Source: Pseudomonadota bacterium
GTDB lineage: Bacteria; Pseudomonadota; Alphaproteobacteria; Sphingomonadales; Sphingomonadaceae
Length of the DNA: 64,000 nt
Direction of reading: 5' to 3'
Assembly (NCBI GenBank): GCA_039033515.1
Contig: JBCCCM010000012.1
Coordinates: 2,710 to 66,709 of the forward strand
Shown piece after piece: positions 29,841 through 39,758 of the stretch; position 1 is the stretch's first letter; the number at the start of each line of letters is the position of its first letter. The notes under the pieces are model-generated. The model was not told where the DNA came from. It saw only the letters and a program-made list of their open reading frames with translations, and made no database searches. The position numbers were made by a program, and so were the translations under genes.

Positions 29841-30024
29841 CCGCTCAGCCAGAGCTTGTCGAAGGCTATACGCAAAGCTCTCAATAAAGGGCTGTTTGGC
29901 CTCGCGATACATACTAAAAAGCAACACCGAGCGTCATACTATCCTCCTGCAAAAATGAAGCAAAGAACAGCAGTCACTGCGGCTGGCGTTGGCGCGTGGC
30001 CTTCGACAGGCTCAGGCTGAGCGG
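29841..30024. repeat. Inverted pair of 26-bp REP elements enclosing a 132-bp AT-rich spacer
   Basis: ccgctcagccagagcttgtcgaaggc (29841-29866) matches the reverse complement of 29999-30024 at 24/26. Confidence 0.85.
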
Positions 30025-30027
30025 AAC

Positions 30028-30219
30028 CTGTTCACTGGCGGCTCAGCCTTTTGCCGTCGTTATGGTCTCAACCGACTGGTCCATGCCCAGCCCCACCCTG
30101 AAATCGCCGACGCCAACGCGAGAGAAAAGGCGATGAAAGCATGGAAGCGCGCGTGGAAGATCAAGCTGATCGACAAGAGCAACCCGGAATGGCACGACCT
30201 GTTCGACACCAGCCCCTGA
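30028..30219 (+). pseudogene. 5'-truncated GIY-YIG nuclease family gene
   Basis: GSAFCRRYGLNRLV...A.AREKAMKAWKRAWKIKLIDKSNPEWHDLF is the typical C-terminal part; the N-terminal GIY/YIG motifs are absent. Confidence 0.82.
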
Positions 30220-30227
30220 CCGCTAGC

Positions 30228-30251
30228 GATCCCAGCTTTCGCTGGGATGAC
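30228..30251. repeat. REP-like hairpin (second family)
   Basis: atcccagc-tttc-gctgggat followed by gac, 9 bp after the GIY-YIG remnant stop. Confidence 0.75.
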
Positions 30252-30372
30252 GTCGAAAACTGGCAGGAATTGCCTAGTTACTAATTTGTAGTGCTGGCAA
30301 TAAGCAAGAAGCGGACTGGCGGCTAACGACTCAACTCCGGTCATTTGCGCGGAAACAGTTTCCTGCCATAGC

Positions 30373-31200
30373 TTGGTCATGTCGTCACATCGCAATCCCG
30401 CGCGCCGCAGTCGCAATATCGGAACGTCAAAGCAGGGACATGGCCAAGACAATTCTTTGGTAATCCCCGACAGGTCAGATGGTCGTTACTGGCTCGATAG
30501 CATTGGCGATTGCCAAATCGAAGATCATGTGATCGCAAGTCGCACTGTTCGCTTTATCGTTGAGCAAAATGCACTTGGGTGTGTGCATCCGTGCAGCGTT
30601 CAAGATGTGGTTTGGATGCTAAAAGCGCTCCCGCAAAGCGACTGGGCTGGATTGGATACGATTGTGTTCAGACAACCCACACGTAAACAGCTTATCCTGT
30701 CTCCAGTTTGGGGAAGGCTTCTCTATTTTTCTGAAATCGCAACCGCGAAAGGGCAGCGTTTGGCGAGTGGGCCGGCAATATTTCTAGACGCAATTAAGCC
30801 TGACCAGACCATCAAATGGAGCACATCCCTTGATCCCGATGACTCGAAGGAATTGGAGAGGTTGATCGAGGACGGACATCAAGTGCAAAGATCGGGGCGA
30901 AAGTTCAACATCACGGTGAGCGCACTCTCAGCCCGAAACACCCAACTCTACAGAACCCTGTTACACGAAGTTGGCCATTGGTTTGACTGGCTTTCGAAGG
31001 TTGAAGGGCCAGCTTGTAAGGGTAAAGATTGGGAGCGACTGGAGCAGTCCTATTTCTCCCGCCCGAAAGCAGAGCGAGAAGCCTTCGCTCACCGCTATGC
31101 AGATGAACAACGCAGATTGCTGACATCCAAAGGCATCATTCCGTTTGGGCAACAGTGCACTGAAGCAATGTCCACATCCCCCCATTTTCGGCCTCTATAG
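30373..31200 (+). CDS. Low-GC hypothetical protein with HExxH motif (putative zinc metallopeptidase)
   Basis: 275-codon ORF; LLHEVGH; about 45-50% GC in lines counted versus about 65% in flanking genes; start uncertain. Confidence 0.7.
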   Translation: MVMSSHRNPARRSRNIGTSKQGHGQDNSLVIPDRSDGRYWLDSIGDCQIEDHVIASRTVRFIVEQNALGCVHPCSVQDVVWMLKALPQSDWAGLDTIVFRQPTRKQLILSPVWGRLLYFSEIATAKGQRLASGPAIFLDAIKPDQTIKWSTSLDPDDSKELERLIEDGHQVQRSGRKFNITVSALSARNTQLYRTLLHEVGHWFDWLSKVEGPACKGKDWERLEQSYFSRPKAEREAFAHRYADEQRRLLTSKGIIPFGQQCTEAMSTSPHFRPL

Positions 31201-31447
31201 CGCTCGATCACTTCGCTTGAGGATAGACAGCAAGGTAATTCTCCCCAAAACCACTGGCCGCGCTCACTTGGGCGAGAAATGGGCCACTGTCCTACAGCCT
31301 ATTTGTCCGCTAGAGATCGGACGAGATGGCCATGAATCAAACTCCAACAATGCGCGTACCGCTGCGATCCAAAACCGCCGGAATTCCGCCAATTTTTCTT
31401 CCCCTGGACCGTGTAACACGTGGTCCATGTCTCGGGGCGCTCAGGTC

Positions 31448-32095
31448 ATGATGAAGCTCTACGGCTACTACCGCAGCTCGACCTCCTATCGCCTGCGCAT
31501 CGCGCTGGAACTTAAGGGGCTGGCGTTTGAGAATGTGCCGGTGAACCTGCTCAAGACCGAGCAGAAGGGTGAGGCGTTCACCAGCCGCAACCCGTTCGGT
31601 TCGGTGCCCATGCTGGAGGCCGACGGGCGTGACCGCGCGCAGTCGATGGCGCTGCTGGAGTGGCTGGACGAGGCCTATCCCGACAGCCCGCTCCTGCCGA
31701 GCGATCCCGAAGACCGCTACACCGTGCGCGAGCTGACCTACGCCATCGCGACCGAGCTGCACGCGCCGCTCAACCTGCCGGTGCTCAAATGGCTCAAGGA
31801 CGAATACGGCAAGTCGCAGGACGAGATCGGCGAGTGGTATCGCCACTGGCTCGCGCGCACACTGGAGCCGGTCGAGGCGCGGCTGGCGCAGCTCGAAACG
31901 CGCGACTTCCTGATGGACGCGCCCGGCCTGTTCGAGACCGTGCTGCTTCCGCAGGTCTACAACGCGCAGCGCTTTGGCTATGACTTTGGCGATAGCCCGC
32001 ACATAACGCGCATCGAGCAGGCGTGCCTCGCCCTGCCCGCCTTCCAGCGCGCGCACCCTGACAATCAGATAGACAATCCGGAGAGAGATGCATGA
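31448..32095 (+). CDS. maiA: Maleylacetoacetate isomerase (GST zeta)
   Basis: LYGYYRSSTSYRLRIAL, NP.GSVP, AHPDNQ. Confidence 0.93.
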   Translation: MMKLYGYYRSSTSYRLRIALELKGLAFENVPVNLLKTEQKGEAFTSRNPFGSVPMLEADGRDRAQSMALLEWLDEAYPDSPLLPSDPEDRYTVRELTYAIATELHAPLNLPVLKWLKDEYGKSQDEIGEWYRHWLARTLEPVEARLAQLETRDFLMDAPGLFETVLLPQVYNAQRFGYDFGDSPHITRIEQACLALPAFQRAHPDNQIDNPERDA

Positions 32096-33102
32096 AACTC
32101 GCCACCCTCAACGATGGCACACGCGACGGCAAACTGGTCGTTGTGTCCAAGGATCTGACCCGCTGCTGCGCGGCAGGCTACATTGCGCCCACGATGCAGG
32201 CGGCGCTCGACAATTGGGAGCGGGTGGCGCCGGAACTCGAACTGCTCGCGGTCGATGTCGAACACGAGGCGGTGCCGTGCGAGCGGTTCCACGAACGCCA
32301 GGCGCATTCGCCTCTGCCGCGCGCGTACCAATGGGCGGACGGCAGCGCCTATATCAACCACGTCGAACTGGTGAGGAAAGCGCGCGGCGCCGAGGTGCCC
32401 GACAGCTTCTACCACGATCCGCTGATGTATCAGGGCGGCAGCGACGGCTTCCTGCCCCCGCGCGCGGACATCCCCTTGGGCGACACCAAATGGGGCTGCG
32501 ACATGGAAGGCGAGATCGCGGTGGTGGTCGATGACGTGCCGATGGGTGTCTCGGCTGAGGACGCGGCGGGCCATATCAAGCTGGTCATGCTGGTGAACGA
32601 TGTGTCCTTGCGCGGGCTGATCCCCGGCGAACTCGCCAAGGGTTTTGGCTTCTTCCAGAGCAAGCCCGCCAGCGCCTTCTCCCCCGTCGCGGTGACGCCG
32701 GACGAGCTGGGCGAGGCGTGGAAGGACAGCCTCGTCCACCTGCCGCTGATGGTCGACTATAACGGAGAGCCCTTTGGCCGCGCCGAGGTGGGCGTGGACG
32801 CAACCTTCAACATGGCGCAGTTAGTCGCGCACGCAGCCAAGACGCGGAGCCTGTGCGCGGGCTCGATCATTGGGTCGGGCACGATCAGCAATAAGAGCGC
32901 AGATGGCGGTCCGGGCAAGCCAGTTTCGGAAGGCGGCCTTGGCTATTCGTGCATCGCGGAGATCCGCATGATCGAGACCATCGCGAACGGTGAGCCGACC
33001 ACGCGCTTCATGGCGCCGGGCGACACGGTGAAGGTGGAAATGCGCGATGCGGAAAACCACTCAATCTTCGGCAGTATCGAGCAAACGGTGGTGGAAGCCT
33101 GA
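32092..33102 (+). CDS. Fumarylacetoacetate hydrolase family protein
   Basis: MKLATLNDGTRDG, QWADGSAYINH, DMEGE, NDVSLR, GSGTISN; coupled to maiA. Confidence 0.92.
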   Translation: MKLATLNDGTRDGKLVVVSKDLTRCCAAGYIAPTMQAALDNWERVAPELELLAVDVEHEAVPCERFHERQAHSPLPRAYQWADGSAYINHVELVRKARGAEVPDSFYHDPLMYQGGSDGFLPPRADIPLGDTKWGCDMEGEIAVVVDDVPMGVSAEDAAGHIKLVMLVNDVSLRGLIPGELAKGFGFFQSKPASAFSPVAVTPDELGEAWKDSLVHLPLMVDYNGEPFGRAEVGVDATFNMAQLVAHAAKTRSLCAGSIIGSGTISNKSADGGPGKPVSEGGLGYSCIAEIRMIETIANGEPTTRFMAPGDTVKVEMRDAENHSIFGSIEQTVVEA

Positions 33103-33105
33103 CGT

Positions 33106-33600
33106 TCAGAGCTTGGGCAGGTCCACTACGCGTGGCTGGTGGCCCCAGCCTCTCGCGGCGGCGAGGATCTCGGTGCCTTTGAGCACCGTCGTCGCGGTGT
33201 TGCGCAAGGGGTGAACGCCTACGGGCTGATCGACCGCAAGCGCTTCGTCGAGCACCAGCGTGATCGCGCCCGGCTCAGCGTTGATCATCGCCAGCGGTGT
33301 GACCGAACCGGGCGTCACGCCGATCAGCGCCTCCATTGCATCAGGCTTGCCGAAACTGAGGCGGCGGCATTGCAGCAGCGGATGCACGCGCTTGAGATCA
33401 ATCCGCGCTTCGGCGGGAACAGTCAGCAGAAAGAACGCGCCGCCGGCGTCTTTGAGGAACAGGTTCTTGGTGTGTAGGCAATCGATATCGGTCTTGATCG
33501 CTGCGGACTCTTCGACGGTGAAGACCGCCGCGTGTTCATACACCTGATAGGCGATGCCCGCGCTGGTGAGGTCGGCGTAGAGGCGCTCTTCGGACGGCAC
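33106..33600 (-). CDS. YbaK/ProXp-ala (PrdX-like) aminoacyl-tRNA deacylase
   Basis: EHAAVFTVEES, HTKNLFLKD, GVTPGSVTP, HPLRNTAT. Confidence 0.9.
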   Translation of the reverse strand: MPSEERLYADLTSAGIAYQVYEHAAVFTVEESAAIKTDIDCLHTKNLFLKDAGGAFFLLTVPAEARIDLKRVHPLLQCRRLSFGKPDAMEALIGVTPGSVTPLAMINAEPGAITLVLDEALAVDQPVGVHPLRNTATTVLKGTEILAAARGWGHQPRVVDLPKL

Positions 33601-33605
33601 GCAGC

Positions 33606-33962
33606 TTAGACCTCCACAGGCGTGTACGCGGTGGCCTCATCGCCGGTGTTGGGCGTGCCCGCTGCGTCCATGATTAGCACCTTGACCTCGCCCTTGTTGG
33701 CGCGCGGGCAATGCTCGGTGCCGCGTGGGACGACGATCATCTCGCCCGAAGAGAGCGTCTGCGTACCGTCGCGAAATTCGATGTCGAGCTCGCCTTCGAT
33801 AACGAGGAACAGCTCGTCCGTGTCGGGGTGGGAATGCCAGTGAAAGTCGCCCTCCAGCTTAGCGAGGCGCACTTCGTTGCCGTTGTAGCGCGCGGCGAGG
33901 CGCGGCGCCCATTGCTCGTCGAACAGCGCGAACTTGTCGGCGAGGGAGACCTTTGAGGGCAT
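33606..33962 (-). CDS. Cupin domain protein
   Basis: FHWHSHPDTDELFLV, VVPRGTEHCP. Confidence 0.9.
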   Translation of the reverse strand: MPSKVSLADKFALFDEQWAPRLAARYNGNEVRLAKLEGDFHWHSHPDTDELFLVIEGELDIEFRDGTQTLSSGEMIVVPRGTEHCPRANKGEVKVLIMDAAGTPNTGDEATAYTPVEV

Positions 33963-33975
33963 CAGAACACCACCC

Positions 33976-35082
<1,107 letters not shown>

Positions 35083-35170
35083 ACGAAAAAATTCCCCTCA
35101 AACCCGCCGTTACGACGAGCATGAGGGGAGCGTCAAATCAAGCGCGATGATCGCGCGTTCGGGCGCCATT

Positions 35171-35941
35171 CTATTCAGCCGGTTCGCGCTCGCGTTCCTG
35201 CTGGAACAGGTCGTCGTGCAGCGAAGCCTTGGGCATGGCGGGCTCGGGGCTTTCGAGGCCCGGCGTCTGGATCGGCTTGTGCCCTTTGCGCGCGTCCATC
35301 ACGTCGACAAAGCTGTGGTTCACATCGCGATGCTCCGCCTCATCCGCGCGCACGGCAATGATCACATCGCGCAGCCGCGCGTCTTGCGGCAGCTGCCAAT
35401 AATCGATCGCGATCTGCGGCGCGGGTACGTTTTCATGGCGGCCCGCATCGACCTCAGCGAGGTAGGAGGTATAGCTGATGACCGCCTCTTCTTCGAAATA
35501 GCCCACCACCCTGTGCGCCGTGCGCGGGGCGAAGAGGTAGAGGAAGAAGTAGAAATTGTAGAACACCATCTGCGTGACCGCGATCAGCGCGCGCTCAAAC
35601 CAGTTGGGCTGCGCGATCTCGATAAAGGTCATCAGGTGCATCCGCTCGTTCTCCGCTTCGTCCAGAAGCGTGCGGATCCAGCCTTCATCATCGCGCATCG
35701 TGCGCAGCGCGGTCAGGTGCTGCCACAGCCCGCCGACCATGCCGGGGACCGCCGCCACCGTTTCAAGCACGACGGCGCGGTGGCCATAGCGTTTGGCGAA
35801 GAACGTATCCGCGACGAAGCGCAGCGCTTTGCAAAAGCCGTAAGCGATCTTGTCGCTCACCGTTTGCGGGGCGACGTGGCTGTCGATTACGGCGTCATAA
35901 TTGACCTGGCGAACCAGCGGTTGAGGGGGAACATGTTGCAT
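35171..35941 (-). CDS. aox: Alternative oxidase (di-iron ubiquinol oxidase)
   Basis: [38 protein letters not shown] di-iron motifs. Confidence 0.95.
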   Translation of the reverse strand: MQHVPPQPLVRQVNYDAVIDSHVAPQTVSDKIAYGFCKALRFVADTFFAKRYGHRAVVLETVAAVPGMVGGLWQHLTALRTMRDDEGWIRTLLDEAENERMHLMTFIEIAQPNWFERALIAVTQMVFYNFYFFLYLFAPRTAHRVVGYFEEEAVISYTSYLAEVDAGRHENVPAPQIAIDYWQLPQDARLRDVIIAVRADEAEHRDVNHSFVDVMDARKGHKPIQTPGLESPEPAMPKASLHDDLFQQEREREPAE

Positions 35942-35978
35942 ATCAGGGATCTACCCAGGTTTGGCGCGGCCCCTTCGA

Positions 35979-35995
35979 CCTGATCTCATATCAGG
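35979..35995. promoter_or_regulatory. Palindromic operator candidate upstream of aox
   Basis: CCTGAT-N5-ATCAGG; CATATCAGG recurs at 35939-35947 over the start codon. Confidence 0.35.
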
Positions 35996-36103
35996 CGCCC
36001 TGACCGCGTCTCTCTCGGCGCACCCGATATAGGCATTTTTCCCTGAATGGCTGCTGAAATCGGCCTGAGAAGCGCTCAAGCCGTGTTCGATTTGATGCAA
36101 CAA

Positions 36104-37186
36104 CTAAAAGCCGAGTGACTGCGCAACTGCAGAATTTACAATCTTGCCCGCGTGCACATTCAGGCCCGGCGCGAGGTGCGGATCATCGTCGCACGCCTTC
36201 AGACCCTTCTTGGCCAGCGCCAGACCAAAGGGCAGCGTCGCGTTGTTGAGCGCGTAGCTTGACGTGTGCGGCACCGCGCCGGGCATGTTGGCGACGCAGT
36301 AATGGATGATCTCATCGACCAGATAGGTCGGGTTTTCGTGCGTGGTCGCTTTTGAGGTTTCAAAGCAGCCGCCCTGATCAATCGCGACATCGACCAGCAC
36401 CGCGCGGCGCTTCATCGCGCCCAGCATTGCGCGCGTGACCAGACGCGGCGCGCTGGCGCCGGGGACCAGAACCGCGCCAATCACCACATCCGCCTCTGCA
36501 ATGGCGTGCTCGATCGTGCCCGCGTTCGAATAGCGCGTGGTGGCCCGCCCCTGGAACATGTCGTCCAACTCGCGGATGCGCGGCAGCGAGCGGTCGAGGA
36601 TCTCGACATTCGCGCCCAGCCCCACCGCCATGCGCGCGGCCTGCGTGCCGACCACGCCGCCACCGATCACAACGACCTTGGCGGGCAGAACGCCGGGAAC
36701 GCCTCCCATCAGGATGCCGCGTCCGCCATTGTTGGCGTGGCTTGCAATCGCGCTCGCCTCGATGCTGAGGCGTCCGGCCACTTCGCTCATCGGGGCGAGC
36801 AAGGGGAGTGACCCGTCAGCGGCGGTCACCGTCTCGTAAGCGACGGCCGAAACGCCGCTCTCCATCAGGCCGCGCGCCTGATCCGGGTCGGGCGCCAAAT
36901 GCAGATAGGTGAACAGGATCTGCCCTTCGCGCAGTTGCACCCATTCGGTAGGTTGCGGTTCCTTCACTTTCACGATCATGTCGGCGCGCGCGAAAACCTC
37001 TTGCGCGGTGTCGACAATCTCAGCGCCGATGGCGCGGTAATCCGCGTCGGTTTTGCTGATCCCGATGCCGGCGTTCGTCTCCATGACGACGCGGTGACCC
37101 ACCGCGATATATTCGCGCGCGGCCTCTGGGGTCAGGCCGACACGGTATTCGTGGTTTTTGATTTCCTTGGGGACGCCAACCAGCAT
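36104..37186 (-). CDS. ald: Alanine dehydrogenase
   Basis: [55 protein letters not shown]. Confidence 0.97.
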   Translation of the reverse strand: MLVGVPKEIKNHEYRVGLTPEAAREYIAVGHRVVMETNAGIGISKTDADYRAIGAEIVDTAQEVFARADMIVKVKEPQPTEWVQLREGQILFTYLHLAPDPDQARGLMESGVSAVAYETVTAADGSLPLLAPMSEVAGRLSIEASAIASHANNGGRGILMGGVPGVLPAKVVVIGGGVVGTQAARMAVGLGANVEILDRSLPRIRELDDMFQGRATTRYSNAGTIEHAIAEADVVIGAVLVPGASAPRLVTRAMLGAMKRRAVLVDVAIDQGGCFETSKATTHENPTYLVDEIIHYCVANMPGAVPHTSSYALNNATLPFGLALAKKGLKACDDDPHLAPGLNVHAGKIVNSAVAQSLGF

Positions 37187-37493
37187 GATTCTCTCCGCCG
37201 TGTGAAGAACCGCGACATCATACTGCTCGCGTAACAAAGTTACAATCCAGAAGCACACTATTACGCAAGTTTTGACCGTGTCCCAACCACGCGGCTTTCC
37301 TACGAAGGCGGTTTGTGCGAAAGGCTGGGCAATCGCGAGTGCGGGAACGAAGGCTGATGACGCCGACCATGTGTCAACTTCGAAAGACCGTTTATTCTCG
37401 CATGAATTGAACACTTTACGGCGGACTTCGGCGAATGACACGGTGTCAATGTTGTCAACTTCGCCCGCCGCTGAAACAGAAAAGGACACGCCA

Positions 37494-38945
37494 ATGACCG
37501 CCTATCCCCAAGTCAAGATGCTGATTGGCGGCGAATGGACCGCGAGTGGTGGCGACGGCGAAATGCCGGTCGTGAACCCGGCGACGGGCGCGGTGATTGC
37601 GCCTTGTCCCAAAGTGTCCGCTGAACAGCTTAACGCTGCCCTGGCCGCCGCTGATGATGCGTTTCCGGCGTGGTCCAAAACGCCCGGCGCCGAGCGGCAC
37701 GCGATCATGCGCCGCGCGGCGGATCTGGTGCGCGAGCGGGCCGAGGGGATCGCGCGCGTCGTGACGCTGGAAATGGGCAAGCCGCACGCGCAGGCCATGG
37801 GCGAGATCCTCAACGCGGCGGAAATCATCGATTTCATGGGCGAAGAGGCCAAGCGCCAGGGCGGGCGCCTGGTGCCCACGCGATCGGCAAACCTTCTCGA
37901 ACAGCGGGTGACCAACGAACCGATTGGCCCTGCCGCGCTGTTCACCCCATGGAATTTCCCGATCAACCTGCCGGCCAAGAAGCTGTCTGGCGCGCTGGCG
38001 GCGGGCTGCACCTGCATCCTGAAACCCGCTGAGACCACGCCGGTCTCTGCGCAGATGCTGGTCGAATGCTTCGTCGAGGCGGGCGTGCCATCGGGCGCGG
38101 TGAACCTCGTCTATGGCGATCCGGCGATGATTTCCGAGCACCTCATCACCTCGGACGAAATCCGCAAGGTCAGCTTCACCGGCTCAACCGCCGTGGGCAA
38201 GCAGCTGGGCGCGATGGCGGCGCAAGGCCTCAAGCGTTTTACCGCCGAGTTGGGCGGCCACGCGCCGGTCGTTATTGGCGAAAGCGCGGACTTCGAGCGC
38301 ACCATCACCGCCTGCGCCACCACCAAGTTCCGCAACGCCGGCCAAGTCTGCGTCAGCCCCACCCGCTTCCTCGTTGCGCGAGGCATTTACGACAACTTCG
38401 TCGCAGAGTTTGCGTCCCGCGCGCAAGCGTTGAAAGTGGGCGATGCGAGCGCGGATGACAGCGTCACGATGGGCCCGCTCGCGCATTCTGGCCGTGTCGC
38501 GGCGATGGCCGATCTGATGGGATCGATGGGCGGCGCCAACGGCGAGATCGTCACTGGCGGCGCGGCCATCGATGGTCCGGGCAATTTCTTCCAGCCCACC
38601 GTGATCGCGGGGCCCGCTCCGCAAAGCCGCCTGATGACCGAGGAACCCTTTGGCCCGGTCGCAGGCATCGTGCCCTATGACGACATCGAAGACGCGGTGC
38701 GGATCGCCAATTCGCTGCGCTATGGCCTCGCCGCTTACGCTTTCACCGGTTCGCTGGATGAAAGCCACTATCTGGGCAGCGCGCTCAAAGCGGGCATGGT
38801 CGCGATCAACCACTTCGCCGTGGGATCGCCCGAAACCCCGTTTGGCGGAACCGGCGACAGCGGCTTTGGCTCCGAAAGCGGGACCGAGGGGTATCTGGGC
38901 TACACCGAAACCAAGCTGGTCACGGTCGCCAAATCGGGCGCGTGA
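37494..38945 (+). CDS. NAD-dependent succinate-semialdehyde dehydrogenase-like aldehyde dehydrogenase
   Basis: TPWNFP, FTGSTAVG, ELGGHAP, FRNAGQVC, EEPFGP. Confidence 0.92.
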   Translation: MTAYPQVKMLIGGEWTASGGDGEMPVVNPATGAVIAPCPKVSAEQLNAALAAADDAFPAWSKTPGAERHAIMRRAADLVRERAEGIARVVTLEMGKPHAQAMGEILNAAEIIDFMGEEAKRQGGRLVPTRSANLLEQRVTNEPIGPAALFTPWNFPINLPAKKLSGALAAGCTCILKPAETTPVSAQMLVECFVEAGVPSGAVNLVYGDPAMISEHLITSDEIRKVSFTGSTAVGKQLGAMAAQGLKRFTAELGGHAPVVIGESADFERTITACATTKFRNAGQVCVSPTRFLVARGIYDNFVAEFASRAQALKVGDASADDSVTMGPLAHSGRVAAMADLMGSMGGANGEIVTGGAAIDGPGNFFQPTVIAGPAPQSRLMTEEPFGPVAGIVPYDDIEDAVRIANSLRYGLAAYAFTGSLDESHYLGSALKAGMVAINHFAVGSPETPFGGTGDSGFGSESGTEGYLGYTETKLVTVAKSGA

Positions 38946-39009
38946 CCCTGCGCGACCCGCGCGCTGCGTTAGTTCAGCTATAAGGAGACAAGCTAACCGA
39001 GCCCAAGGC

Positions 39010-39168
39010 TCAGCGGCGCATCCACCGCGTCAGCCGACGCAACAACGTGTTTCGTTGCGGCATCGGGCGGATACGTCCGTAACGCGCCTGTCGTGTGAAT
39101 TCGTCACCAAAGCAGACAGTACGGCCCATGACATCCGGCCCGCTCGAAACGAACGTTGGCTTTTCCAT
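39010..39168 (-). CDS. Candidate 52-aa small protein (not in ORF track)
   Basis: MEKPTFVSSGPDVMGRTVCFGDEFTRQARYGRIRPMPQRNTLLRRLTRWMRR; GGGGA before the ATG; occupies a 360-bp gap. Confidence 0.3.
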   Translation of the reverse strand: MEKPTFVSSGPDVMGRTVCFGDEFTRQARYGRIRPMPQRNTLLRRLTRWMRR

Positions 39169-39307
39169 TGATCGCGTCCCCGATTCGCGAGTTGTTATCC
39201 TTGCAAGGCTAACACGATAACTGTGGAAAACGAGCGCTATTTTGCGCTGCGCCGAAGTTTTTTACCGATAGGTCAGTTTCAGCGGGCGCTAGGCTACGCT
39301 TCGAGAC

Positions 39308-39697
39308 TTAGCTGACCAGCTTTTGCAGGCGTGGCCGGACCTTGAGAAAGTGGATGTAAGCGCGCTCCAAAAGGCTGAGCACAAAGCGGTTGCGAGCGAT
39401 CAGGCCTAGCGGGCGCAGAACCGGAATGGCGCGCCACATCGCCGCGAACGCCGCCGCGCCGCTTACCACCCGGCCGTTCTCTTCGGCGTGGAAACGGGCG
39501 AGCAGGTCGGCTTGATCCACCGGGCACGAAGGGTCTGCGCCTTGCGACACGTCGACGAAGTCGATCGCCCCGCGCGCATCCAAGCGCCGCATCATCGCGA
39601 TCTCGCGCAGGCACAAAGGGCACGCGCCGTCATACCAGACCCGCACGCGGGCCTTTGTGGGAGGATCAATAGAATGCGAAGCGGTCGGATCAGCCAT
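39308..39697 (-). CDS. DCC1-like thiol-disulfide oxidoreductase (DUF393)
   Basis: VWYDGACPLC (DxxCxxC), FVDV, GAAAFAAMW. Confidence 0.9.
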   Translation of the reverse strand: MADPTASHSIDPPTKARVRVWYDGACPLCLREIAMMRRLDARGAIDFVDVSQGADPSCPVDQADLLARFHAEENGRVVSGAAAFAAMWRAIPVLRPLGLIARNRFVLSLLERAYIHFLKVRPRLQKLVS

Positions 39698-39758
39698 ACG
39701 CCAAGATACGAAAGCCGCTGGCAAATGGTTCCGCTTCGCCAACAACGCCAGCGCTGGA

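Noticed and set aside
29283-29927. 214-aa minus-strand ORF starting in the REP spacer
   Set aside because: Mostly an antisense shadow of the acyl-CoA dehydrogenase, and it runs through a REP.
30320-31200. Short degenerate palindromes flanking the HExxH gene as cassette recombination sites
   Set aside because: Only about 6-bp imperfect pairing and no recombinase nearby; cannot be told from chance without a genome-wide search.
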